A stretch of DNA of 39,641 nt, from the IMG/VR virus record IMGVR_UViG_3300025156_000428; one strand, given 5' to 3'. The stretch is from a virus. Position numbers and translations under genes: made by a program. Under the pieces are notes generated by a model that saw only the letters and a list, made by a program, of their open reading frames with translations, was not told where the DNA came from and made no database searches. Below are positions 17,783-26,399 of this stretch, in pieces (the stretch's first letter is position 1; each line of letters starts with the position of its first letter).

Positions 17783-18091
17783 TTACCTCCTCCTGCCACC
17801 AAAAGCACCGAGCATGTGCGCCATGATTATCCCTGCGATTATCGCAACGACGACCACAACTATCAACGGAAATGTGCTGTTCATTATGTTCACAGCACTG
17901 TTCATCGCAGTGTTAAAGGGACTGTCACTTGAAAGAGAGGTGGCATCATAGATTGTTGATGCTATGTAGACTCCTATGACACAGACAACTACTGTTGCTA
18001 TGATTGCACTGGCAAGAGAGACAATATCAGAAACTCCTCTCTTCTCTCTAAGCTTTCTCCATATGGAGACGAGCTTTTCCCTCATTTTCAC
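17783..18091 (-). CDS. Major capsid protein of spindle-shaped virus type (two hydrophobic helices, cleavable basic leader)
   Basis: Basic leader ending KRG/VSDIV, two long hydrophobic helices, NST sequon, basic C-tail GGRRR; own promoter and T-rich terminator. Confidence 0.75.
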   Translation of the reverse strand: MKMREKLVSIWRKLREKRGVSDIVSLASAIIATVVVCVIGVYIASTIYDATSLSSDSPFNTAMNSAVNIMNSTFPLIVVVVVAIIAGIIMAHMLGAFGGRRR

Positions 18092-18140
18092 CTTGTCCCT
18101 TTCACATCACCTCCCTCCACAACAATATATATGAGCCTTG

Positions 18141-18158
18141 CTATTTAAATACTTTTCG
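18141..18158 (-). promoter_or_regulatory. BRE-TATA promoter of the MCP gene
   Basis: Minus strand CGAAAAGTATTTAAATAG, a consensus archaeal BRE plus TATA. Confidence 0.75.
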
Positions 18159-18175
18159 GTCATCTTAAACAAAAT

Positions 18176-19942
18176 TTATGTTATCGTTGCAATAAGTGTC
18201 TCAAGTGGTCTCTCACATTCAACAATTTTTCCATGCCAATATTTCTTGATGTATGTGTGAACAAGTCTATCTGGTGACCACACTTCTACCCAGTCTTCCA
18301 TATGTCTCAACCCTCTTCCCACATACTGAATCAAGTTTCTTCTCATCATATCATGATAATATTCCCAGAATACTCCTTCACCAACATAATTTCTGATTGC
18401 CTGAAGAATTGGAGAGCTCAAATCAGAAAAAGGACACTTCAATAACACAACACTTCTGCACAGATCATCCTTTAAGTCAACTCCTCTTGTCATTGTTGTT
18501 GAATATATTGCCTCTTCCACTTTTACACTCTTCTGTTTTTTGACTGCCTCACGAATTTGTGTTGGAAGATATTTGAGAGCATGAACCTGCACGAGTGTGG
18601 GAGGTGTTGCTGATTTTATCATTTTTTCCACAGTGTTCCAATACTTTGCCTTGAATTGTTCGTCATGCCATTTTTTCACATTTATTGTCTCCTCACAACC
18701 ACATTTCATCAGTCGTAGCTCACCTGGATTCTGTGACTCTCCAATTACTATTCCAAAATTTTTCAGTCCATAGAAGTCACGGAGCACTTCTTCACTCTGA
18801 AGTGTTGCTGACATCATCAGAATGTGTCTTGCTGAGTTTTCAAGCAACTTCCTCATCACAAGTTTCATATTTGGAACAAAGAAAGTAATTCTCTCACTCT
18901 CAACAACTACATACAAAGCATCTGAAAATTGCAGGAGAAAATCAAGCGTCTCACTCCCACCATGCACTTCACGATGCAAATCAGCAAAATATCTAAGAAA
19001 TTTAATATCACAATCTCTTGCTCTTCCACGATACCTCTTTCTGAGAAGTTCCATAAATTTGTCTTCAATGTCATTCATCCATTCATAAAGTTTTTTCACA
19101 TGTTTCATAACATTTGCCAGTTCCTGGAGAGCTGCAAGAGGAGAGTGCTTTCTCCTTGCATCCTTTTCATATTCTTTTATTGCTTCTCTCATCTTTTTGA
19201 GAGTAAAATAAGATATGCTCTTCTCAAATGTGAGACTGTCTAAGAGCAAATCACACTCGTCAATCACCTCAATATCCCGCAGTGGTTTTCGTCCTGTTGC
19301 AAGTGTCTCTGTGAGCCACATTGCAGAGTTCATCACAATCACATCACTCTCAGCATATGCCTTAAACTGTTTGTAGTATGTGCAAATTTTCTTCCCTCTT
19401 CTCAGCACAAATCTTTTTGTCTTATCACATGCAAGATACTCCAAACTCTCATATTCACATTCCAATTCTTCCTCTGCTGTCTCCTTAAATTTTTTATGAA
19501 CAATTGATGAGAAGAAAGGACAGTGCTTAGCAGCATCAACTCTCCTCTCACCTTTTGAGAGAGAACGAGTGCATGGCAATTCACGATTTGATGCAGAGCA
19601 TTTTTTCAGAAGACATCTGAAATTGTCTCTTCCTTTGATTTCGTCAATCCTCAGAAAACTCTTGCCAGATTTGATCTTAAACCTGTTTCGTTTGCAATAG
19701 TCATCTGCATACTGCTTCTGTAAAACTTTGGTTGGCACAACTACAATTCCCCCCCTCTTAAAATGAGAAATAAGATTGAGAGCAATTGCACTCTTTCCAG
19801 TTCCAACAGCTCCTTGCAGAAATACAATTCTTTTTCCTTCCTTAAACATATCAAGAATCTCCTGAACAACATCCTCTTGCGTCCTGCCATCAGAATAAAT
19901 AAGAGGAGGAACTAATCCTCCATCACGATACAGGTTCCACAT
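18176..19942 (-). CDS. XPD/Rad3/DinG-family SF2 helicase, 588 aa
   Basis: Walker A GAVGTGKS, Cys-rich region (RCL..CS..LPC..CPF; putative Fe-S), IDECD motif II, MSATL, RGVD, QYVGRGLRH motif VI. Confidence 0.85.
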   Translation of the reverse strand: MWNLYRDGGLVPPLIYSDGRTQEDVVQEILDMFKEGKRIVFLQGAVGTGKSAIALNLISHFKRGGIVVVPTKVLQKQYADDYCKRNRFKIKSGKSFLRIDEIKGRDNFRCLLKKCSASNRELPCTRSLSKGERRVDAAKHCPFFSSIVHKKFKETAEEELECEYESLEYLACDKTKRFVLRRGKKICTYYKQFKAYAESDVIVMNSAMWLTETLATGRKPLRDIEVIDECDLLLDSLTFEKSISYFTLKKMREAIKEYEKDARRKHSPLAALQELANVMKHVKKLYEWMNDIEDKFMELLRKRYRGRARDCDIKFLRYFADLHREVHGGSETLDFLLQFSDALYVVVESERITFFVPNMKLVMRKLLENSARHILMMSATLQSEEVLRDFYGLKNFGIVIGESQNPGELRLMKCGCEETINVKKWHDEQFKAKYWNTVEKMIKSATPPTLVQVHALKYLPTQIREAVKKQKSVKVEEAIYSTTMTRGVDLKDDLCRSVVLLKCPFSDLSSPILQAIRNYVGEGVFWEYYHDMMRRNLIQYVGRGLRHMEDWVEVWSPDRLVHTYIKKYWHGKIVECERPLETLIATIT

Positions 19943-19943
19943 C

Positions 19944-21731
19944 CTATATCACCTCTCCAACTCCAAATTTCCTTCTCCTTTTCCACTCCTCCTTTTTTCC
20001 TCTATTCCATGCATGAACAGGCGAGTAATACCCAACAACTCTGGAAAACACTTCACATTCAGCTCCACAGCTTTCACACTTCAATAGTTCTCCATGATAT
20101 CGTCTTGAACAAACACGGCAGACTGAATAGGTTGGTGTCAATGTATAGTATGGTAGTGTGAATTTCTCACAGAGCCATCTGATGAGGTTTGGCACAATTT
20201 CTATGCATTGATCCTCAGGAATGCCCTCTCCCAAATATACATGAAACACGGTGCCACCTGTGTATAATACCTGAAGCTCCTGTTGATGCAGAAGCATCTC
20301 AATCAAATCAAGATCACAATCTACTGGCAATTGTGTTGAGTTTGTGTAGAATGGTGTTTTTCCTCCTCCTGATACAAATATCTTCTTCCCAAATCTTTTT
20401 CTGTCAATCTTTGCCAGACGATAGGAGCAACCCTCTGCTGGCGTTGCTTCAAGATTGTAGAGGTGGCCTGTCTCCTCTTGAAATTCCCTCACTCTCATCT
20501 GAATATGCTTCAGCACTCTCACTGCAAACTCTTTTCCATCATTATCTGCAATTGAGCATCCAAGAAAGTTCTGACACATCTCCTCTCCTGCGACAACTCC
20601 GATTGTTGAGAAGTGATTGTTGAGTGTCTGAAGGTATTGCGCTGTGTATGGGAAGAGGCCTTGCTTGAAATTCTCTTCCACAACTCTCCTTTTGAGCTCC
20701 AGTGCCTCTTTTGCAATCTCCAATCTCTCATCCAAGAGCTCAAAGAAATCACTCTCATCATTTGTGAGAAATCCAATCTGAGATAGATTTATCGTGACAA
20801 CTCCAATTGAGCCTGTGCTGTCATTGTAGCCAAACAACCCTCCTGTCTTTTTTCTCAATTCTCTGAGATCCAAATTCAACCGACAACACATTGAGCGGAC
20901 ATCCTCAGGATTTATTCCTCCACTGATGCAGTTTTGGAAATAGGGGACGCCAAACATTCCTGTTGCCTTTGCAAGCACCTCTGCAAATCCATTGACCCAG
21001 TCAAAATCTCTTGTGATATTGTATGTTGGAATTGGAAATCTGAAAATTGCTCCATCAGCATCTCCTTCCACCAGCACTTCCAGAAATGCCTTGTTTATCA
21101 TCTCTCTTTCCTCTGTGAATTCATCGTAAGTCCTGTCTTGTGCCTCTCCACCAACTATCGCTGCCACGCTCTTTAGGTCAGTTGGGATGGTGATATCAAA
21201 TGTGATATTTGTGAATGGTGTTTCGTGCCCAAACCTCAGAGCTACATTCAGTCCAAACACAAACTCCTGAATTGCTTGCTTTACCTGTCTATATGAGAGT
21301 TTGTCGTAATGAATGAATGGTGCAAGGAGTGTGTCAAAGGAGTTTACTGCCTGCGCACCTGCCCACTCCTGACTGATAACACCTATGAAATTCAATAGCT
21401 GACCCAAAGCAGATGTGAGGTGCTTTGGAGGTTTTGATTTCAGTGTTCCTTTTCCACCATAAAATCCCTCTGTGAGCAGCTGCAAGAGATTCCAACCACT
21501 GCAATATCCTCCTATTCCATGCCCCAAATCATGGATGTGAATTGCTCCATCCAAATGTGCTTCTCTCACTCGCTCTGGATAAATGGAAAGAGTGTGCTTT
21601 GCAATTGCCTTCTCTGCTATGTATGTCTTCAGTCCTCCAATTGATGGAATCCTGTTTGCGTTCTCATTTATCCTCCATGTCTTCTTGCTGACATATTCAT
21701 CTACAACCTTCATTCTTTCCACCTCCAACAT
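19944..21731 (-). CDS. nrdD: Anaerobic (class III) ribonucleoside-triphosphate reductase, no ATP cone
   Basis: HIHDL..GYC, SMCCRL, NLEATPAEG, C-terminal CxxC-x9-CxxC zinc site and glycyl-radical loop SRVVGY; likely start ATG at 21713. Confidence 0.95.
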   Translation of the reverse strand: MLEVERMKVVDEYVSKKTWRINENANRIPSIGGLKTYIAEKAIAKHTLSIYPERVREAHLDGAIHIHDLGHGIGGYCSGWNLLQLLTEGFYGGKGTLKSKPPKHLTSALGQLLNFIGVISQEWAGAQAVNSFDTLLAPFIHYDKLSYRQVKQAIQEFVFGLNVALRFGHETPFTNITFDITIPTDLKSVAAIVGGEAQDRTYDEFTEEREMINKAFLEVLVEGDADGAIFRFPIPTYNITRDFDWVNGFAEVLAKATGMFGVPYFQNCISGGINPEDVRSMCCRLNLDLRELRKKTGGLFGYNDSTGSIGVVTINLSQIGFLTNDESDFFELLDERLEIAKEALELKRRVVEENFKQGLFPYTAQYLQTLNNHFSTIGVVAGEEMCQNFLGCSIADNDGKEFAVRVLKHIQMRVREFQEETGHLYNLEATPAEGCSYRLAKIDRKRFGKKIFVSGGGKTPFYTNSTQLPVDCDLDLIEMLLHQQELQVLYTGGTVFHVYLGEGIPEDQCIEIVPNLIRWLCEKFTLPYYTLTPTYSVCRVCSRRYHGELLKCESCGAECEVFSRVVGYYSPVHAWNRGKKEEWKRRRKFGVGEVI

Positions 21732-22078
21732 TCGTCACATACATCCCCTTCAACAAGCTCCCTTCCAATATCTATGAGAGAATGAGCAGGAAATTTTGAT
21801 GCATATTCCTTTCCACACCTGTTGCATTTTCTGATGAGATAGAAGGTGATATCAGAGAAGAAAGGACATTTGCTTTCTCTTGCCTTGAATTTCAAATCAT
21901 CACAAACAATTATCACATCAGAATCAGAAACAACAACCCTTTCAGGCACAGCACTGAATTTCTTGAAGAATTCAATTCTTGCTCTCTCAATAAATTCTTC
22001 TCTCTTCTTTTTCTCAAATGCTTCCTCCTTATCCTTATATTCCAAATATGCACTCTTTGCCCTTTCATACAAACTCAT
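21710..22078 (-). CDS. Zinc-binding hypothetical protein, ~122 aa
   Basis: ATG 22078 after GGAGGTGA; CNRC...CDEC. Confidence 0.7.
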   Translation of the reverse strand: MSLYERAKSAYLEYKDKEEAFEKKKREEFIERARIEFFKKFSAVPERVVVSDSDVIIVCDDLKFKARESKCPFFSDITFYLIRKCNRCGKEYASKFPAHSLIDIGRELVEGDVCDECWRWKE

Positions 22079-22127
22079 CCATATCACCTCCTTCAAAAAT
22101 GGGAAAAATAAAAGGAAAGGAGGGAAA

Positions 22128-23174
22128 TCAACAAATATGCACTCTGCCCTTCGCAGGTGGTGTGTAGTGTGGATATGAGAAGAAATAGTCAAGCATATCG
22201 TTGGGATACTCACCAGGCTTCCTGCCATAATCATTGTCATTGGTTGGTGGACTTATATGCCAGGGGATATCATCTTTGTAGTGGTCATAACTGAACATGA
22301 TTGTCACGGGACTCTCACGCACATCATAAACTGAGAGCAGGTCTTTGTAGTAAACCCATCCTTCCAGCCTGAATCCTCTGAGTGCCTCCTTAAGCACAAA
22401 TCCATATGTCTCATTGTCAATCTCCCTTACCACATAGCCTTTACCCTCATAGGGATCGTAACTGTATCTGCCAAGCAGAGGGAGACCTTCCCACGAATTA
22501 TTGAATGGAATTTGCTCATAATTGTGATAGACTGTCTCTATATTCTCCTCGTGAAGCTCCAAATCCTCTTTATCGCATGCTATGACTATCGCCTGCATAT
22601 GATAGCGATTCTCGCAATACACGAGTGTGAGTGGAATGTTGAATCTGCCTTGCCACTTCATGTTGTATGTCTCTGGCAATCCAGCAAGACAGTCACAATA
22701 TCTTCCGTCATAGGCAATTCTGAGTTGATTTGCGTAGTTACCACAGGCTCCTCGTTTGGGAAATGAGGCATGCCTGCGCTCAATTTTGTAAATCCAATCC
22801 ATTCGCTCTGAGACATTGCACCTATCCCAGTGCGCAGGAAGATGATCTATTCGCCCAATGAAATACCAAACCAACTGTTTCACATCTTGCAGTGTTACCA
22901 CTCCATCACCATCCACATCACATGCATCTACTGTTGCATTTGGATCTTCTGTGAAATAGTATGCTGTTTTGTTGTTCGGAGATTTTGCAATCTTTCGGCA
23001 AATGTCAATGTCTATTTGATTCACTACTCCATCATTATTTGCATCTCCACTCCCATAATACCGTGAATGTGAGAAATTGGAATATGTAAATGTCTCTGTT
23101 GGATCAAATGCACTTACTGTTGAGACTAACAAAAAGAAAAATATAGATACAGCAAAACAAATATGCCACCTCAT
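22128..23174 (-). CDS. Secreted dockerin-domain protein with putative transglutaminase-like Cys domain, 348 aa
   Basis: Signal peptide; duplicated Ca-binding loops GDANNDGVVNQID and DVDGDGVVTLQD; GACGNYA and a downstream His (YHMQAIV). Confidence 0.7.
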   Translation of the reverse strand: MRWHICFAVSIFFFLLVSTVSAFDPTETFTYSNFSHSRYYGSGDANNDGVVNQIDIDICRKIAKSPNNKTAYYFTEDPNATVDACDVDGDGVVTLQDVKQLVWYFIGRIDHLPAHWDRCNVSERMDWIYKIERRHASFPKRGACGNYANQLRIAYDGRYCDCLAGLPETYNMKWQGRFNIPLTLVYCENRYHMQAIVIACDKEDLELHEENIETVYHNYEQIPFNNSWEGLPLLGRYSYDPYEGKGYVVREIDNETYGFVLKEALRGFRLEGWVYYKDLLSVYDVRESPVTIMFSYDHYKDDIPWHISPPTNDNDYGRKPGEYPNDMLDYFFSYPHYTPPAKGRVHIC

Positions 23175-23180
23175 TCTTTC

Positions 23181-23597
23181 TCACCTCCTCACAATTCCCT
23201 CACCTTGATAACTGCCATTGTATGTTGAGGCAGAATCAGCTCTGAAGAAAATTGCCTGCACAACTCTGAAACCTTTATCTAAAAAGACCTCAATGGTTTC
23301 CTTGATTGTGTCAGGTGCAAAGATCGTAATGACGGGTTTTCCATGATATCCTGGGTCACATACTCCGCACTGCACAATGAATCCGAGTCTGAACATTGTG
23401 CTTCTCGGGAATAAGAGAGCAAAGACATCTTCTGGCAGATGCATCTCCTCATTCAGACGCACAACTTTCCATCTCTCCCCTTCTGAGAATGTGACTGCCT
23501 CACTTATTGACAAATCAATTCCTACCTGTTGGACTTTTGTATGCTCTGAGGGAACTAACCACCCTTTTCTCAACACATCACATGGATTTATTTGCAT
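23181..23597 (-). CDS. dut: Trimeric dUTPase (dCTP deaminase-like fold), 138 aa
   Basis: GIDL, PRSTMFRLG, GVCDPGYHG, QAIF motifs; I see no catalytic Glu after DPGY.G as expected for dCTP deaminases. Confidence 0.75.
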   Translation of the reverse strand: MQINPCDVLRKGWLVPSEHTKVQQVGIDLSISEAVTFSEGERWKVVRLNEEMHLPEDVFALLFPRSTMFRLGFIVQCGVCDPGYHGKPVITIFAPDTIKETIEVFLDKGFRVVQAIFFRADSASTYNGSYQGEGIVRR

Positions 23598-23926
23598 TTT
23601 TCATTACCTCCTATAAATTCTTCCACACTCACAACTCTCAATTCTTTCTTATTTCCATTCTTTGTCCAAATCCACACCTCCGACTCACATTTGTGAATTT
23701 GGGAGAAATTGTGAATTCTCCACAACTGCTCCTTCTCCCTTTGTGAGGGATGCCATGCATTCTTCCTTGTTCCCTTCACCTCCACAATCTTCACCAACCT
23801 TCCTTTTTGGAGAATGAGGAAATCAGCTCCAAAACTGCCAATTGCCACCTTTATCACATTGTCTTTTCCATACCGTTCCACAAGCATCTGTTTTGTCCTG
23901 TATTCATCACCATATCCTTTTCTCAT
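23588..23926 (-). CDS. hjc: Holliday junction resolvase (archaeal Hjc-type PD-(D/E)xK nuclease), 112 aa
   Basis: KGYGDE, GADFLIL, VEVK motifs. Confidence 0.8.
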   Translation of the reverse strand: MRKGYGDEYRTKQMLVERYGKDNVIKVAIGSFGADFLILQKGRLVKIVEVKGTRKNAWHPSQREKEQLWRIHNFSQIHKCESEVWIWTKNGNKKELRVVSVEEFIGGNEKCK

Positions 23927-24590
23927 TTTTCACAGGTATTTTTGCCTTGTGAGGACAATCATCTGGTCTTGCCTTCCCTTCTGGGCATACACCAAAATTC
24001 ACACCTCTGCATCCAACCAAATTAAAAATCTCTGGTGCAACTTTTCTGCAATGATCCAACATTTGTCTTGCAATCTCTCTGAGTTCAGGTGATGCTCTTA
24101 CACATAATCGCAAGCCAAGAAAATTTATCAAACTTCTCGCATTCATTGTGAGAATGTATTGCGTCTCAGTGCATAGTGGAAGAATGTAACGAGCAATCTC
24201 CTTTCCATATTTGGTTTTGAGAATGTCATAGTAATTTTGTGTAAAGCGAGCAACTGCCTCAATGATTGTAAGCAAAGAAAGTGTTCCCTCATTTGAGTGG
24301 TTTTTGAGTGGGGGAAGAATTACCTGAAAACCGCTCTCATCACAATACCTCGTGCTTCTTGCTGTGTGTGATGCAATTCTATGTTCAAGTATCTCACGAG
24401 ATGCAGCAATTGAGCAGGTGATTTTGAATGTGAAAACAATGTGCTCAAGCACTGATGAATAATCTCGTCTCACAATCACCTTCAGAGGCACCTCTTTTCC
24501 ATCACTGATTTCCAGCACCTCTCTCATTGCATTTTCTGGGTAATAATAGCTCAGCAACTCAACCTCAGGTGTTTTCATCATCTTCTTCAT
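23907..24590 (-). CDS. thyX: Flavin-dependent thymidylate synthase, 227 aa
   Basis: SVLEH.VFTFKI, SIAASREILEHRIASHTARSTRY (RHR-x-S variant), EIARYILP, MNARSLINFLGLRLC..A.PE.R. Confidence 0.92.
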   Translation of the reverse strand: MKKMMKTPEVELLSYYYPENAMREVLEISDGKEVPLKVIVRRDYSSVLEHIVFTFKITCSIAASREILEHRIASHTARSTRYCDESGFQVILPPLKNHSNEGTLSLLTIIEAVARFTQNYYDILKTKYGKEIARYILPLCTETQYILTMNARSLINFLGLRLCVRASPELREIARQMLDHCRKVAPEIFNLVGCRGVNFGVCPEGKARPDDCPHKAKIPVKNEKRIW

Positions 24591-24783
24591 CTCCTATCAC
24601 CTCCTGCAATAGCTTCAACAGCAACCGAATCTCCTCATATGTGAATGACTGTTGATAGATCCAAAATCTCTTTATCATTCCATCGTTGTAAAGAATGGAA
24701 AGAAAGGGAGTGCCTGCACCATAGACATATTCAATCTTTGTATCGTTGTCCTTCAGCTTATAACTCCTCACTCTCAATTCCAT
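24565..24783 (-). CDS. Hypothetical protein, 72 aa
   Basis: ORF track; overlaps both neighbours. Confidence 0.55.
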   Translation of the reverse strand: MELRVRSYKLKDNDTKIEYVYGAGTPFLSILYNDGMIKRFWIYQQSFTYEEIRLLLKLLQEVIGDEEDDENT

Positions 24784-25069
24784 TCAGATCACCAAGTCTG
24801 AGAAGGGCATACCCGCAAATATCAAGCCATGCGTCTTTTTTCACTTCCTCGCTATTAGTGTTGGCAATTCTGCAAATCTTGTCAAGCACTCTGATGAGGA
24901 GAGCTGCATCATCATATTGCTCTGGCAGGACGCCGTACGGATACAGAACTGAGAGGATTTCACTGACTTTTCTGAATGCACTGCCATATTGTTTGTTCTT
25001 GTCTTTCACAGTTTTCACAACACATGCAGCAACAAACTCCAACTCTTTCTTTTTCATTTCCAACTCCAT
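24758..25069 (-). CDS. Nmad1/DUF1599-like (MazG-fold) nucleotide-modification-associated protein, 103 aa
   Basis: KNKQYGSAF...DKICRIAN...DAWLDICGYALL pattern. Confidence 0.65.
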   Translation of the reverse strand: MELEMKKKELEFVAACVVKTVKDKNKQYGSAFRKVSEILSVLYPYGVLPEQYDDAALLIRVLDKICRIANTNSEEVKKDAWLDICGYALLRLGDLNGIESEEL

Positions 25070-25072
25070 CTT

Positions 25073-25366
25073 TCACACCTCCTCCTCACTTCTTATTTTC
25101 ACACCAACTGCCTTCTCAATGTCCCACTCATATGCCTTCAGTCTCCATACCTGAAAGCCCACTTCTCTTAGCACTTTCTCCATTTCCTCTATTTTCTTTG
25201 CATCAGCAATGCGAATGTATGCATAAACAAGTGGCCGTGTCGTCTTTGTTGGCTCTGCAATGATTTCTCCCTCCTCCGTGATGCAGAAGACAAATCGGTC
25301 TGGTGTTGCCACCTCTGCAATCCAGCGCTTGAATTCTTCCAGACTTCCAAATACTTTTCTCGGCAT
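25073..25366 (-). CDS. Hypothetical protein, 97 aa
   Basis: GAGGTGA RBS; ORF track. Confidence 0.7.
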   Translation of the reverse strand: MPRKVFGSLEEFKRWIAEVATPDRFVFCITEEGEIIAEPTKTTRPLVYAYIRIADAKKIEEMEKVLREVGFQVWRLKAYEWDIEKAVGVKIRSEEEV

Positions 25367-25375
25367 TTTATCACC

Positions 25376-25528
25376 TCATTCACTCAGATAGTATAGCAAT
25401 GCTACTGCCAAAAGAAAGTCAATAAGAGCAAAAATAATTGCTGGTGGAAAAAGAATGGTATTTATGCATTCTGCAATACCATAAATTATAAGCCATATCG
25501 TAGCAAATGTATAAACTACCTTTCTCAT
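25376..25528 (-). CDS. Small two-TM membrane protein, 50 aa (absent from ORF track)
   Basis: Hand translation MRKVVYTFATIWLIIYGIAECINTILFPPAIIFALIDFLLAVALLYYLSE. Confidence 0.55.
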   Translation of the reverse strand: MRKVVYTFATIWLIIYGIAECINTILFPPAIIFALIDFLLAVALLYYLSE

Positions 25529-25582
25529 CTTGTTGTCAGTTTCCACTTTCTCACACCTTCCATCATAAATAAAAAGAAAAAA

Positions 25583-26386
25583 TCAGTATTCATCAATTCT
25601 CGGTGCAATCAAAAACACTGCATTTGTGCCACTCAGTCCATTGTAGTCAATCTCAACAGGCTGAATCTCCTTTGAGAATTTGCATGTGACGATTCCATCC
25701 TTGTCACACACTGAGAGAACTTTCTGCAAATATTCGTATGAGAGCATAACCTTATGCCCTTCATCTTCTTCCTCAAAGTCAAACATTGTCGTGACTTCAT
25801 ATTCACTGCTATATTGAGTTACACTGACATTATTATCATGACACTTGAAGACAACATCAACTCCTTTCATCACAAGTGCCTTTCTTAATTCTGCTACCTT
25901 CAGCTCATATTCAAAGTCATAATCATACTGTATTTCAATCTCCAAATTTTTACTTACTTTCACCAGCTTAGAATAGTCCTTTGATTCCCTGTAGGAGAGA
26001 AGAGGTGCTTTGATCTTCATTGACTGTGTCTTCATTGTCATTTTGTCCTTTGTGATCTTCACCTCCAGCTCATCCTCTCTCACCTGTGAGAGAAGCTTGA
26101 TGATTTCATCTGCTTCAATGCAGATCTGCCTCTCAGCAAGCTCTGTTGTAAAGAAATAATCTGTTGTGAGGAGCGCAACACTCATCATCACTGATCCAAC
26201 ATCAGTATTCATTGCACAAAGCCCATTCTTAGTCACATTGACAAAAAGCTCTCCAATTGTTCCCTTTATGCTTGCAATGTTCAGAAATTCAAGAAGTGTA
26301 TCCCTTGACACATCAAACTTTATCGTTGGCACTTCCTCTTTTTCCTTCACTACTTCTCCCATTTCCTCAAAATTTTCTTTCTCCAT
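25583..26386 (-). CDS. pcna: PCNA-like DNA sliding clamp, 267 aa
   Basis: Acidic; pattern LFVNVTKNGL.AMNTDVGSVMMSVALL, Y.LQKVLSV, F.IAPRID typical of PCNA; adjacent to PolB. Confidence 0.8.
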   Translation of the reverse strand: MEKENFEEMGEVVKEKEEVPTIKFDVSRDTLLEFLNIASIKGTIGELFVNVTKNGLCAMNTDVGSVMMSVALLTTDYFFTTELAERQICIEADEIIKLLSQVREDELEVKITKDKMTMKTQSMKIKAPLLSYRESKDYSKLVKVSKNLEIEIQYDYDFEYELKVAELRKALVMKGVDVVFKCHDNNVSVTQYSSEYEVTTMFDFEEEDEGHKVMLSYEYLQKVLSVCDKDGIVTCKFSKEIQPVEIDYNGLSGTNAVFLIAPRIDEY

Positions 26387-26399
26387 TCTTCACACCTCC

